DNA from: an uncultured Pseudomonadota bacterium | Lineage (GTDB): Bacteria > Pseudomonadota > Gammaproteobacteria > Burkholderiales > CAIKXV01 | Direction: 5' to 3' | NCBI GenBank assembly: GCA_903831455.1 | Contig: CAIKXV010000197.1 | Span: 4,128-68,127, forward strand | DNA: 64,000 nt | Shown: positions 9,553-18,871 of the stretch, one piece after another | Numbering within the stretch: the first letter of the stretch is position 1 | Layout of the letters: every line of letters starts with the position of its first letter | Program-made: the position numbers and the translations under genes | The notes under the pieces: model-generated | Told to the model about the DNA's origin: nothing | The model's input: only the letters and a program-made list of their open reading frames with translations | Databases searched by the model: none

Positions 9553-11004
9553 TCAGACGCCGCCGAACAGCAGGTACTTGATCTCCATGAACTCGTCCAG
9601 GCCGTACTTCGAGCCCTCGCGGCCCAGGCCGGACTGCTTCACGCCGCCGAAGGGCGCGATCTCGTTGGAGATGATGCCGGCGTTGATGCCGACCATGCCC
9701 GACTCCAGCGCCTCGCCGACCCGGAAACAGCGGCCCACGTCGCGGCTGTAGAAGTACGCGGCCAGCCCGAACTCGGTGGCGTTGGCGAGGCGGATCGCCT
9801 CCTCCTCGGTCCGGAACTTGAACAGCGGCGCGACCGGGCCGAAGGTCTCCTCGGTGGTGACCTTCATGTCGGTGGTGACATCGGTGAGGATGGTCGGCTC
9901 GTAGAACGTGCCGCCCAGCGCGTGGCGTCGGCCACCGGTGAGCAGCTTCGCGCCCTTGGCCAGCGCATCGGCGACATGCTCCTCGACCTTCTCGAGGCCC
10001 GCCTGGTCGATCAGCGGCCCCTGGGTGACATCACCGAGTCCGTTGCCGACCTTGAGCTTCTCCACCTTCTCGCGCAGCTTCTGCGCGAAGGCGTCGTAGA
10101 CGCCCTCCTGCACCAGGATGCGGTTCGCGCACACGCAGGTCTGGCCGGTGTTGCGGTACTTCGACGCGAGCGCGCCCTCGGCCGCCGCATCGAGATCCGC
10201 ATCATCGAACACGATGAAGGGTGCGTTGCCGCCGAGTTCGAGCGAGAGCTTCTTGATCGTCGGGGCGCACTGCTCCATCAGCACGCGGCCGATCTCGGTC
10301 GAGCCCGTGAACGTGAGCTTGCGAACCGTCGGGTTCGCGCACATCTCGCCGCCGATGGCGCCGGCCGAGCCGGTGATCACGCTGAACACGCCCTTCGGGA
10401 TGCCGGCGCGCTCGGCGAGCACGGCGAGCGCCAGCGCCGAGAACGGCGTCTGGCTGGCGGGCTTGAGCACCATGGGGCAACCTGCCGCGAAGGCCGGACC
10501 CGCCTTGCGGGTGATCATCGCGTTGGGGAAGTTCCACGGGGTGATCGCCGCGCACACGCCGATCGGCTGCTTGATGGTGACGATGCGCTTGTCCGCCTGG
10601 TGCTGGGGGATGGTGTCGCCGTAGGCGCGCTTGGCCTCCTCGGCGAACCACTCGATGAACGAGGCGCCATAGATCACCTCGGTGCGCGACTCGGCCAGCG
10701 GCTTGCCCTGCTCGGAGGTCATCAGCACCGCGAGGTCGTCGATGTTCTCGATCATCAGGTCGAACCAGCGACGCAGGATCGCCGAGCGCTCCTTGGCGAG
10801 CTTCGAGCGCCAGGCCGGCCACGCCGCGTCGGCGGCGGCGATCGCCTCGCGCGTCTCCTCGGCACCCATCTTCGGCACGGTACCGATCACGGACCCGTCG
10901 GCCGGGTTGCGAACGGTGAGGGTTTCACCGGAGCGGGCATCGACCCATTCTCCGTTCAGGTAGCACTGCTGGCGCAGCAGCGAGGGGTCCTTGAGCTTGA
11001 GCAT
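9553..11004 (-). CDS. gabD: NAD(P)-dependent succinate-semialdehyde dehydrogenase
   Basis: MLKLKDPSLLRQQCY, ITPWNFP, FTGSTEIG, LELGGNAP, GQTCVC, EETFGP, GREGSKYG. Confidence 0.95.
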   Translation of the reverse strand: MLKLKDPSLLRQQCYLNGEWVDARSGETLTVRNPADGSVIGTVPKMGAEETREAIAAADAAWPAWRSKLAKERSAILRRWFDLMIENIDDLAVLMTSEQGKPLAESRTEVIYGASFIEWFAEEAKRAYGDTIPQHQADKRIVTIKQPIGVCAAITPWNFPNAMITRKAGPAFAAGCPMVLKPASQTPFSALALAVLAERAGIPKGVFSVITGSAGAIGGEMCANPTVRKLTFTGSTEIGRVLMEQCAPTIKKLSLELGGNAPFIVFDDADLDAAAEGALASKYRNTGQTCVCANRILVQEGVYDAFAQKLREKVEKLKVGNGLGDVTQGPLIDQAGLEKVEEHVADALAKGAKLLTGGRRHALGGTFYEPTILTDVTTDMKVTTEETFGPVAPLFKFRTEEEAIRLANATEFGLAAYFYSRDVGRCFRVGEALESGMVGINAGIISNEIAPFGGVKQSGLGREGSKYGLDEFMEIKYLLFGGV

Positions 11005-11329
11005 GATGCGATCCTCGAGGGGTGGCAGGCACCACGGATGAGCGCGGCACCGGGAAAACCGGCGGTCGACGCCGTTCGATCCGCAGGAACGGTCGAGCGG
11101 CGCCGAGGGAAGCGGAATGCGCGGGACGGCAGGATGGGTCCGTGCCGGGCGCGGACCCCGATCCGAGGCCGGCACGGCGGATCACGCGCGACCGGTGGAT
11201 TGTACGCCGTGCCCGCACCGGGCGATGCGCCCCCGCAGCCGGTGGGGTGCGGGGGCGCCATCGCGCGGGGGCCGGAGCGCAGGGATGCCGCGCCCCCCGG
11301 CCCCGGAACCCGCCCCGTCGCGCCCTCGG

Positions 11330-12109
11330 TCAGTACGTGCCCGGGTAGGCGCCGCCATCCATCAGGAAGTTCTGGCCGGTGACGAACCCCATCTGCGCGC
11401 TGCACAGGAACGCGCAGGCATCTCCGAACTCCGCCGGATCGCCCAGCCGCCCCGACGGATTGTCGCGCTGGCGGGCTTCGCGCGCCTGCTCGAGCGAGAC
11501 GCCCTTCGCCCGCGCCATGTGCTCGAGGTTGCTGCGCATGCGGTCGGTCTCGAACGGCCCGGGCAGCAGGTTGTTGATGGTCACGTTGTGGCGCACCGTC
11601 TTCCGGGCAAGACCGGCGACGAATCCGTGCAGGCCTGCCCGCGCCCCGTTGGACAGCCCCAGGATCTCGATCGGGGCCTTCACCGAACTCGAGGTGATGT
11701 TCACGATCCGGCCGAAGTTGCGCTTCATCATCCCGTCGACCGTGGCGCGGATCATCTCGATCGGCGTGAACATGTTGGCTTCGACCGCCGCCATCCAGTG
11801 CTCGCGTCGCCAGTCGCGAAAGTCGCCGGGCGGCGGGCCACCCGCGTTGTTGACCAGGATATCCGGGTCGGGGCAGGCCGCCAGCACGGCCGCACGCCCC
11901 TCGTCGGTGGTGATGTCCGAGGCGACCACCCGCACCGACACGCCGGTCGCGGAGCGGATCTCCTCGGCCGTGGCCTCCAGCGGGCCGGGCGTGCGGGCGG
12001 TGATCACGAGTTCCACGCCCTCGCGGGCGAGCGACATCGCGCAGGCGCGCCCCAGGCCCTTGCTGGCAGCGCAGACGATGGCCTTGCGGCCGGCGATTCC
12101 GAGATCCAT
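11330..12109 (-). CDS. SDR family oxidoreductase (BKR-like, SNxxR type)
   Basis: MDLGIAGRKAIVCAASKGLG, NNAGGPPPG, LSNGARAG, FVTGQNFLMDGG. Confidence 0.92.
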   Translation of the reverse strand: MDLGIAGRKAIVCAASKGLGRACAMSLAREGVELVITARTPGPLEATAEEIRSATGVSVRVVASDITTDEGRAAVLAACPDPDILVNNAGGPPPGDFRDWRREHWMAAVEANMFTPIEMIRATVDGMMKRNFGRIVNITSSSVKAPIEILGLSNGARAGLHGFVAGLARKTVRHNVTINNLLPGPFETDRMRSNLEHMARAKGVSLEQAREARQRDNPSGRLGDPAEFGDACAFLCSAQMGFVTGQNFLMDGGAYPGTY

Positions 12110-12338
12110 CGAGACAGTTCCTCCGGTTCGCGCGCCGGGCGGCTGCGCCACCCTCGCTCAGCGGGCTAGTCTACCCTCCCCCGGACCCTGCACCGTTGCC
12201 CCTGCCCGAGCGGAAGGGCCGTGGTCGCGGCGGACGCGCGTGTCGCCCGAGCCCGCGCTGCAGGGCCTTGCCAGCGTGGGGCGCCGCGGCCGGACCCGCG
12301 ACGCTCGCTATACTGGCCCCCTGCCCGACGAGGTTCCC

Positions 12339-13283
12339 ATGCGCGTCCGCCCCCTGCCCGCCCCTCCCCAGTCTCCCGCACGGCCGTGTGCCGGTCGACG
12401 CACGCCGGTTGCGTCCCGACTGGCCGCCCTCGCGGCCGCCGCGCTGCTCGCCGGCGGTTGCGCCAGCGTCGACGATCCCCGCGATCCGCTCGAGCCGATC
12501 AACCGCGCCGTCTTCGAGTTCAACGAAACCGTCGACCGGAACGTGCTCAAGCCGGTCGCGCAGGCCTACGCGGACACGGTTCCGCAAACCGCCCGTACCG
12601 GCGTGTCGAACTTCTTCGGCAACCTCTACGACTTCTGGAACGCGGTCAACAACCTGCTGCAGGGCAAGGTGTCCACCGCGCTGTCGGACGTGGGCCGGAT
12701 CGCGCTCAACACCACGGTCGGCCTGCTGGGCGTGGTGGACGTCGCCTCGCGAGTCGGCCTGGAGAAGAGCAACGAGGACATCGGCCAGACGCTCGGCTGG
12801 TGGGGGCTCGGACCGGGTCCCTACATCGTGATCCCGTTCCTCGGACCGAGCAGCCTGCGCGACGGCGTGGGCGTGGTTACCGAGATCGTCTACGACCCGC
12901 TCACCCGCTGGACCGACGACGAGGCCGGCTGGCGCTGGTCGCTGTGGGGCCTTCGCATCGTGTCCTTCCGCGCATCGTTGCTGGGCACCGAACGCATCCT
13001 CGATGTCGCGGCCACCGATCGCTACGCCTTCGTGCGCGACGCCTATTTCCAGCGCCGGCGCAACCTGATCTGGGACGGCCGGCCGCCTCGCGATCCGGAC
13101 GAATCGCGCAGGCAGGTGCCCTCGCGCAGCGTGGTCAGCCTGGAGTCGCCATGGATCCGCCTCCCGGCCCATGAGCGCGCAGTCGTGCCGGCCGATCCGA
13201 CCCTCGAAGCCCCGTCGGCGACGATCGACCGCTCGCCCGACATCGCGGACCCCGACGCCGGCCGGATCGCGCAGCGCTCCTGA
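12339..13283 (+). CDS. mlaA: VacJ/MlaA outer-membrane lipid asymmetry lipoprotein
   Basis: Lipobox LAGGC; DPLEPINRAVFEFN; EDIGQTLG; GPYIVIPFLGPSSLRD; DRYAFVRDAYFQRR. Confidence 0.93.
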   Translation: MRVRPLPAPPQSPARPCAGRRTPVASRLAALAAAALLAGGCASVDDPRDPLEPINRAVFEFNETVDRNVLKPVAQAYADTVPQTARTGVSNFFGNLYDFWNAVNNLLQGKVSTALSDVGRIALNTTVGLLGVVDVASRVGLEKSNEDIGQTLGWWGLGPGPYIVIPFLGPSSLRDGVGVVTEIVYDPLTRWTDDEAGWRWSLWGLRIVSFRASLLGTERILDVAATDRYAFVRDAYFQRRRNLIWDGRPPRDPDESRRQVPSRSVVSLESPWIRLPAHERAVVPADPTLEAPSATIDRSPDIADPDAGRIAQRS

Positions 13284-13310
13284 TTCGGCCCTGCCGGCCG
13301 GGGCACCATG

Positions 13311-13339
13311 AAAAACGGCCGGGGATGACCCCCGGCCGT
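13311..13339 (-). terminator. Rho-independent terminator of htpX
   Basis: Minus strand reads as a GC-rich inverted repeat (ACGGCCGGGG ... CCCCGGCCGT, short loop) followed by a T run. Confidence 0.75.
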
Positions 13340-13368
13340 GCCGGTGCTACCCGTGCGGCCGATGCGGC

Positions 13369-14244
13369 TCAGGCCGCCCGGCGCAGCGCCTCGATGCGCT
13401 GCTCCAGCGGCGGGTGCGACAGGAACAGTTGCTTGAGCCCGCCACCCACCCCGCCCGAGATGCCCATGGCCGCCATCTGGGTCGGCAACTGGCTGGGCTC
13501 GTGGGCGCGCTGCAGCGCCTGCAGGGCCGCGATCATCTTGTTGCGCGAGGCCAGCGAGGCGGCGCCGGCGTCGGCGCGGAACTCGCGCTGGCGGCTGAAC
13601 CACATCACGATGATGCTCGCGAGGATGCCCAGCACCATCTCGGCCACGAACACGGTGATGTAGTACCCCATGCCCTGCCCCGACTCGCTCTTGAAGACCA
13701 CGCGGTCGATGAACTGGCCGATGATGCGGGCGAAGAAGAACACGAAGGTGTTGACCACGCCCTGGATCAGCGTGAGCGTGACCATGTCCCCGTTGGCGAT
13801 GTGGCTCACCTCGTGCGCGAGCACGGCCTCGACCTCATCCTCGCTCATCTGGTAGAGCAGCCCGGTGCTGACCGCCACCAGCGAGCTGTTCCGGCTCATG
13901 CCCGTGGCGAAGGCGTTGATCTCCGGGGAGTCGTAGATCGCCACCTCGGGCATGCCGATGCCGGCGCGCTCGGCCTGGCGACGGACGGTGTCGACCAGCC
14001 AGAGCTCGCGCGAGCTGCTCGGCGAGTCGATCACCACCGCGCCGGTCATCCGCTTGGCCGACCACTTGGACATCGCCAGCGAGATGAACGCACCGCCGAA
14101 GCCCATGATCGCGCAGAAGAACAGCAATCCGCCCATGCTGCCGCGCATGTCGATGCCCAGCGCATTGGCGATGATGTTCGCCGTGACGCTGAGGACCAGC
14201 ATCACCGCGAGGTTGGTCAGCAGGAAAAGGACGATCCGTTTCAT
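13369..14244 (-). CDS. htpX: Membrane zinc metalloprotease HtpX
   Basis: [49 protein letters not shown]. Confidence 0.97.
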   Translation of the reverse strand: MKRIVLFLLTNLAVMLVLSVTANIIANALGIDMRGSMGGLLFFCAIMGFGGAFISLAMSKWSAKRMTGAVVIDSPSSSRELWLVDTVRRQAERAGIGMPEVAIYDSPEINAFATGMSRNSSLVAVSTGLLYQMSEDEVEAVLAHEVSHIANGDMVTLTLIQGVVNTFVFFFARIIGQFIDRVVFKSESGQGMGYYITVFVAEMVLGILASIIVMWFSRQREFRADAGAASLASRNKMIAALQALQRAHEPSQLPTQMAAMGISGGVGGGLKQLFLSHPPLEQRIEALRRAA

Positions 14245-14327
14245 GGACAGCTCTCCGTCGGAAACCGTCGCCGGGGGCGGCGGGGTGCGGCGGCGCGACC
14301 GCGGGTCAGGCGCCGATTGCAGACGTT

Positions 14328-14355
14328 AGATCGGGATGCCGGCCCGGAGTTCAAG
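14328..14355 (-). promoter_or_regulatory. Sigma32 (RpoH)-type promoter of htpX
   Basis: Minus strand CTTGAA-N14-CCCGATCT versus consensus CTTGAA-N13/14-CCCCATNT, about 85 nt upstream of htpX. Confidence 0.75.
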
Positions 14356-14465
14356 GGCGGGACGGCGGAACTGGATTAGGCCTGGATTATCCATCGGGTA
14401 CCCGCGCCGCGATCGCACGGGCCGTGCTGCCGGTTGCGGGTTCGCGCTCGCGCGGGAGGCGAGCT

Positions 14466-15692
14466 TCAGGCGCCGGACGCGCGCGCCCCCGGCGCCGGGG
14501 ATGTCGTGTCGCGGACTTTTCGGACCCCGTCGAGCACCGTCATCGCCGAGCCGACCAGCGAGGACATGTCGGCGAGGTTCGCCGGCACGATCAGGGTATT
14601 GCCCTCGCGCGCGAGGTTCCCGAAGGCCTGCACGTAGAGTTCCGCCACCTTCAGGTTCGCGGCGTCCATGCCGTTGGCCGTGCCGATCGCCTCGGCCACC
14701 GCGCGGGTGGCCTGGGCGGTGGCATCGGCGACGGCCACGATCGCCTGCGCCTCGCCCTGCGCCTTGTTGATCTGCGCCGCCCGCTCGCCCTCGGAGCGCA
14801 GGATCGCCGCCTGCTTCGCGCCCTCGGCGAGGTTGATCTCCTCCTGCTTCTGGCCTTCGGACTTGGCGATCAGCGCACGCTTCTCGCGCTCGGCGGTGAT
14901 CTGCGCCTGCATCGCGCGCAGGATGGTCTCGGGCGGCGTGAGGTTCTTGATCTCGTAGCGCAGCACCTTCACGCCCCAGGTGCGGCCGGCCTCGTCCAGC
15001 ACCGAGACGATCTGGCGATTGATCTCGTCGCGGGATTCGAACGTGCGATCGAGCTCCATCTTGCCGATCTCCGATCGCAGCGTGGTCTGGGCCAGCTGGG
15101 TGATCGCGGTGATGTAGTCCGACGAGCCGTAGGAGGCGAGCCGCGGGTCGGTGACCTGGTAGTAGATGATCCCGTCGACCGACAGCTGGGTGTTGTCCCG
15201 GGTGATGCATACCTGCTCGGGTACGTCGAGCGGCACCTCTTTCAGCGAGTGCCGGTACTGCACCCGATCGACGAAGGGCACGATCACCCTCAGGCCGGGC
15301 TCGAGGATCGCGTGGAACCGGCCGAGGCGCTCGATCACCCACGCCTGCTGCTGCGGCACGACCCGCACCGACTCGACCACGACCACGATGGCGAACGCGA
15401 TGAAGAAGAACCACGGCGCATAGGCCTTCAGTTCCTGGATGGACGCCAGGATCAGCGACACGACCGTGATCGCGATGAGCTTGGGCAACAAGGCGGCACC
15501 TCCGGTGCGGGGAGTGACGGGGGGAGTGGAAACGGTGGGCAACGCCTGCTTCGCGAGCCACCTGGCGACGGCGTCGGTGGGGCGGCCGCCGGGGCGGGAC
15601 AACGACGGGAAGTCCTTCGACCGACGGTCGTCGTCGTCATCGTCATCGCCCCAGCGCGGGCGGTTGCGGTCGGGGCCGGGCACGAGGGACAC
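14466..15692 (-). CDS. qmcA: SPFH/Band 7 (QmcA/paraslipin-like) protein with N-terminal extension
   Basis: VVPQQQAWVIERLGRF, CITRDN, AQTTLRSEIGK, GVKVLRYEIK, QITAEREKRA. Confidence 0.9.
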   Translation of the reverse strand: MSLVPGPDRNRPRWGDDDDDDDRRSKDFPSLSRPGGRPTDAVARWLAKQALPTVSTPPVTPRTGGAALLPKLIAITVVSLILASIQELKAYAPWFFFIAFAIVVVVESVRVVPQQQAWVIERLGRFHAILEPGLRVIVPFVDRVQYRHSLKEVPLDVPEQVCITRDNTQLSVDGIIYYQVTDPRLASYGSSDYITAITQLAQTTLRSEIGKMELDRTFESRDEINRQIVSVLDEAGRTWGVKVLRYEIKNLTPPETILRAMQAQITAEREKRALIAKSEGQKQEEINLAEGAKQAAILRSEGERAAQINKAQGEAQAIVAVADATAQATRAVAEAIGTANGMDAANLKVAELYVQAFGNLAREGNTLIVPANLADMSSLVGSAMTVLDGVRKVRDTTSPAPGARASGA

Positions 15693-15695
15693 GGT

Positions 15696-16124
15696 TCAGC
15701 CTGCGCGCGCCGAGGCCACCTCGAGCTCGCTGCCCGAGACGTTGTGGATGTAGAACACGGCCCCCGGCTCGCCGGTGGGTTCGCCCCGGACCGTGGCATC
15801 CCAGAGCGCATTGCGGTAGCGCACCCGGGCGCGCCCCGACCCGCGGTCGACCCAGGACTCGAGGACGACCGCCTGCCCCACGTCGAGCACGTTGGAGGAG
15901 ACCGGCTCGACGTCGCGGGCGCGAAGCTTCCAGACGACGACCACGCCGGCCAGCGCCACCCCGCCGCCGACCGCGGCCTGTACCCAGAACGGCGCCCCCA
16001 GCCACGCCGAGAGCGCGCCGGCGAACGCGGCACTACCCAGCACCAGCAGGTAGAACGTGCCGGTGGTGAGTTCGATGATCAGCAGCAGGAATCCGAGCAG
16101 GATCCAGATCAGGTAGGCGCTCAT
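15696..16124 (-). CDS. NfeD/YbbJ family membrane protein
   Basis: WILLGFLLLIIELTTGTFYLL N-terminus and OB-fold RVRYRNALW; lies directly upstream of the SPFH gene. Confidence 0.9.
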   Translation of the reverse strand: MSAYLIWILLGFLLLIIELTTGTFYLLVLGSAAFAGALSAWLGAPFWVQAAVGGGVALAGVVVVWKLRARDVEPVSSNVLDVGQAVVLESWVDRGSGRARVRYRNALWDATVRGEPTGEPGAVFYIHNVSGSELEVASARAG

Positions 16125-16264
16125 CGGCAGGTTTCGCAGGTGTGCATGGGGGGGATCGCTCGCGCCCTCGATCCGTCGCGAATGTCAGGCCGCATCATAC
16201 CGAATGCCGCATGACAACAGATCAGACGGGGGGCCGGTCAGGCCAGCCGGCCGATGGTGCGCGC

Positions 16265-17161
16265 TCAGTGCAGCCTCGCCACCTGCCGCTCGAGTTCGAC
16301 CACGGCGGCTCGCGCGACCTCGGCCTGCTCGCCCTCGGGCGCCAGGCTGAGGTAGCGCCGGTAGTCCGCGAGGGCCGCGGCGTGGCACTCGAGCTGGCGG
16401 TAGCACGCTGCCCGGTCGGCGAGTTCGCCCGTGGCCATCGGCTGGAGCATCACCAGGCGCTCGATCGCGGCCAGCGCCTGGGCGTGCCGTCCGGCCAGCG
16501 TGTGCAGCATCTTGAGGTTTCGCAGCACGCGCGCCAGCGTCTCGCGGCGCGGTGCCGGGGTAAGCAGCGCCGCGACCTCGGCGCGCGAGGGCCGATGGCC
16601 GCCCCGTACCTCGCCCAGGCGGCGCGCCAGTGCGTCGAACGAGAGCGAACCGCCCCCGGCGAACGGGTCGAGGACCGCGGCCCCCTCGGGCAGCGGACAC
16701 CGCACCAGGTAGTGCTGCGGGAAGGACAATCCTTCCAGCGGCAACCCGATCCGCCGGCCGACCTCGATCTGCACGATGGCGAGGGTGATCGGAATGCCCA
16801 GGCGGCGCTCGATCACTTCGTTGAGCAGGCTGTTGCGCGGATCGAGGTACTGGTCGCGGTTGCCCGCGTATCCCTTCTCCGCGAACAGGAACCGGTTGAG
16901 CGCGAGCAGCCGATCGCGCACGTCCGCCTCGGCCGGGATGCGCGCGGCGAGTTCCAGCCCCAGGCAGTCGAGCCTCGCGAGGTAGCGCTCGACATCCAGC
17001 CCGGGACATTCCTCGCGGGCGATCAGCAGTGCACCCTCGGCCAGGCTGCCCTGGTCGCCGCCCGCGCCCTCGACGAGGCGGCGAAGCCGCTCCGCGGCCT
17101 GCGGGTCGCGAAGCGGTCCGGCAGCGGTCGTGGGTGTCGGCTCGTCGTGGGCAGCGGTCAT
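16265..17161 (-). CDS. SirB1/YchA family transglutaminase-like protein with TPR
   Basis: YAGNRDQYLDPRNSLLNEVIERRLGIPITL, FPQHYL, LDPF, RVLRNLK, C-terminal TPR. Confidence 0.9.
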   Translation of the reverse strand: MTAAHDEPTPTTAAGPLRDPQAAERLRRLVEGAGGDQGSLAEGALLIAREECPGLDVERYLARLDCLGLELAARIPAEADVRDRLLALNRFLFAEKGYAGNRDQYLDPRNSLLNEVIERRLGIPITLAIVQIEVGRRIGLPLEGLSFPQHYLVRCPLPEGAAVLDPFAGGGSLSFDALARRLGEVRGGHRPSRAEVAALLTPAPRRETLARVLRNLKMLHTLAGRHAQALAAIERLVMLQPMATGELADRAACYRQLECHAAALADYRRYLSLAPEGEQAEVARAAVVELERQVARLH

Positions 17162-17361
17162 GAATGCGATTGTAGAAGCCTGCGCGGGTCCGGCGAAACT
17201 TGAACCCGGTGACAGCATTCTTCATGCCTGTTTCCCCGGGTCATCGTTTATAGTCAGGAAAGGAGCGATCGGGCGTCAAGGCGCGATCGCGGGGAATCGT
17301 GGATCGCCTATCCGCAACCGCAGCGACTGCGGCGGCTACGGCATGGCACGGGGCGAAGTCG

Positions 17362-18858
17362 ATGCGTTCGAAGATCACGTCAGGCGCACTCCTCACGGCG
17401 CTGGGGCTGTCGTTGTCGGCAACGGCGGTCGGCGAATCGTGGTGGCGCGACCCGCGCAAGGTCGACTCGCTCGTGTCGCAGCATCCGGACACGCCGTGGG
17501 TATCCGAGCGCCTGCCACTCGCGCCGCCCCCGCCCTCGGAGATGCCCCACCCCGAACGTCCCTTGACCCTCGCCGAGCTGAGCGACCTCGCGCTGCGCAA
17601 CCACCCGCAGACGCGCGCGGCGTGGCAGGCCGCCCGCGCCGCGGCCGCCACGGTGGGCATCGAACTGGCCGACTACTCGTTGCAGGCCTCCGGCGCCCTC
17701 TCCTACCTGCGTGCGCGCCAGATCAGCCAGGTCGGCTCGCTGCAGCCGCTGATCGAGCGCTTCACGCCCTCGCTCTCCCTCACCTATACCCTCTACGACT
17801 TCGGCGCCCGGGCGAGCCAGCTGGAAGCCGCCCGCTTCAACCTGCTGGCGGCCAACCTCAACCAGAACCGCACCCTGCAGTCGGTGGTGTTCAACGTCGA
17901 GCAGGCCTACTACGCGCTGCTGGGCGCCCAGGGGCTGGTGCGATCGGGCGAGATCTCGCTGCGAAACGCCGAGACCACGCTGGAGGCCACCGAGCGTCGC
18001 CGCCAGAGCGGGCTCGCCACGATCGGCGACGTGTTCCGGGCGGAGACCGCGGTCGCGCAGGCGAAACTCTCCCTGCAGCAGTCGCAGGGGCTGGTCTCGC
18101 AGGCGCGTGGGCGCCTGGCCGCAAGTGCCGGCATCCCGGTGACGGCGCGCTACACGCTCGCGCCGGTGCCCGAGGTCGTTCCCACCGGCGCCCTGACCGA
18201 ATCGGTGTCCGCGCTGATCGAGCGCGCGAAGGCCGGGCGCCCGGACCTCATCGCGGCCGAGGCCACGGCTCGGGCGCTCGATGCCACGCAGCGCGCGACG
18301 GTGGCGGCCGGACGGCCGTCGATCGGCGCGACCGCCAGCTACGCCGACAACTACTTCGTGTCCCGCCCCGACACCACCAACTGGGCGATGGGCCTCACGA
18401 TGACCATCCCGCTGTTCACCGGATTCCGGGACACCTACAACGTGCGGCTGGCCGAGGCCAACGCGCAACGCCAGCGCGCGCTCCGCGACCAGTTGTCCAA
18501 CCAGGTCGAACTGGATGTCTGGCAGGGCTATTTCAACCTGCAGACCGCGGCGGCCGCGATCACCAGCTCGGAGTCGCTGGTGCGCACCGCCGCCAACTCG
18601 CTGCAGGTGGCCGAGGCGCGCTACCGCGGCGGCATCGGAAACCTGCTCGACGTGATCACGGCGCAGGCCGACGACGTCAACGCGCGAGTGCAGCGGATCA
18701 ACGCGTACTTCAACTGGTACACGGCCTTCTCGCAGCTGAATTTCGCCCTCGGCTCGCTGCCACTGGTGAACAACGCGGCCGTGGCCCAGGGCGGCGCCGC
18801 GCCGGCCCAGCCGGCCGCGCCCCGCGAGCAGCCCGCCCTCCCCGTCCAGAAGCCCTGA
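17362..18858 (+). CDS. TolC family outer membrane efflux protein
   Basis: Signal peptide, LTLAELSDLALRNHP, LYDFG, IPLFTG, RYRGGIG; first gene of the RND operon; start uncertain. Confidence 0.92.
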   Translation: MRSKITSGALLTALGLSLSATAVGESWWRDPRKVDSLVSQHPDTPWVSERLPLAPPPPSEMPHPERPLTLAELSDLALRNHPQTRAAWQAARAAAATVGIELADYSLQASGALSYLRARQISQVGSLQPLIERFTPSLSLTYTLYDFGARASQLEAARFNLLAANLNQNRTLQSVVFNVEQAYYALLGAQGLVRSGEISLRNAETTLEATERRRQSGLATIGDVFRAETAVAQAKLSLQQSQGLVSQARGRLAASAGIPVTARYTLAPVPEVVPTGALTESVSALIERAKAGRPDLIAAEATARALDATQRATVAAGRPSIGATASYADNYFVSRPDTTNWAMGLTMTIPLFTGFRDTYNVRLAEANAQRQRALRDQLSNQVELDVWQGYFNLQTAAAAITSSESLVRTAANSLQVAEARYRGGIGNLLDVITAQADDVNARVQRINAYFNWYTAFSQLNFALGSLPLVNNAAVAQGGAAPAQPAAPREQPALPVQKP

Positions 18859-18871
18859 AGCGGAACCCGCC

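Noticed and set aside
11005-11329. Structured RNA or REP family in GC-rich intergenic hairpins (also 9440-9550, 23500-23930, 45880-46180)
   Set aside because: The hairpins share no sequence with one another and are expected by chance or as terminators at this GC content
17199-17227. Second sigma32-like promoter upstream of the RND operon (CTTGAA...CTTCATGC)
   Set aside because: The -10 match is poor and the spacer is 15 nt
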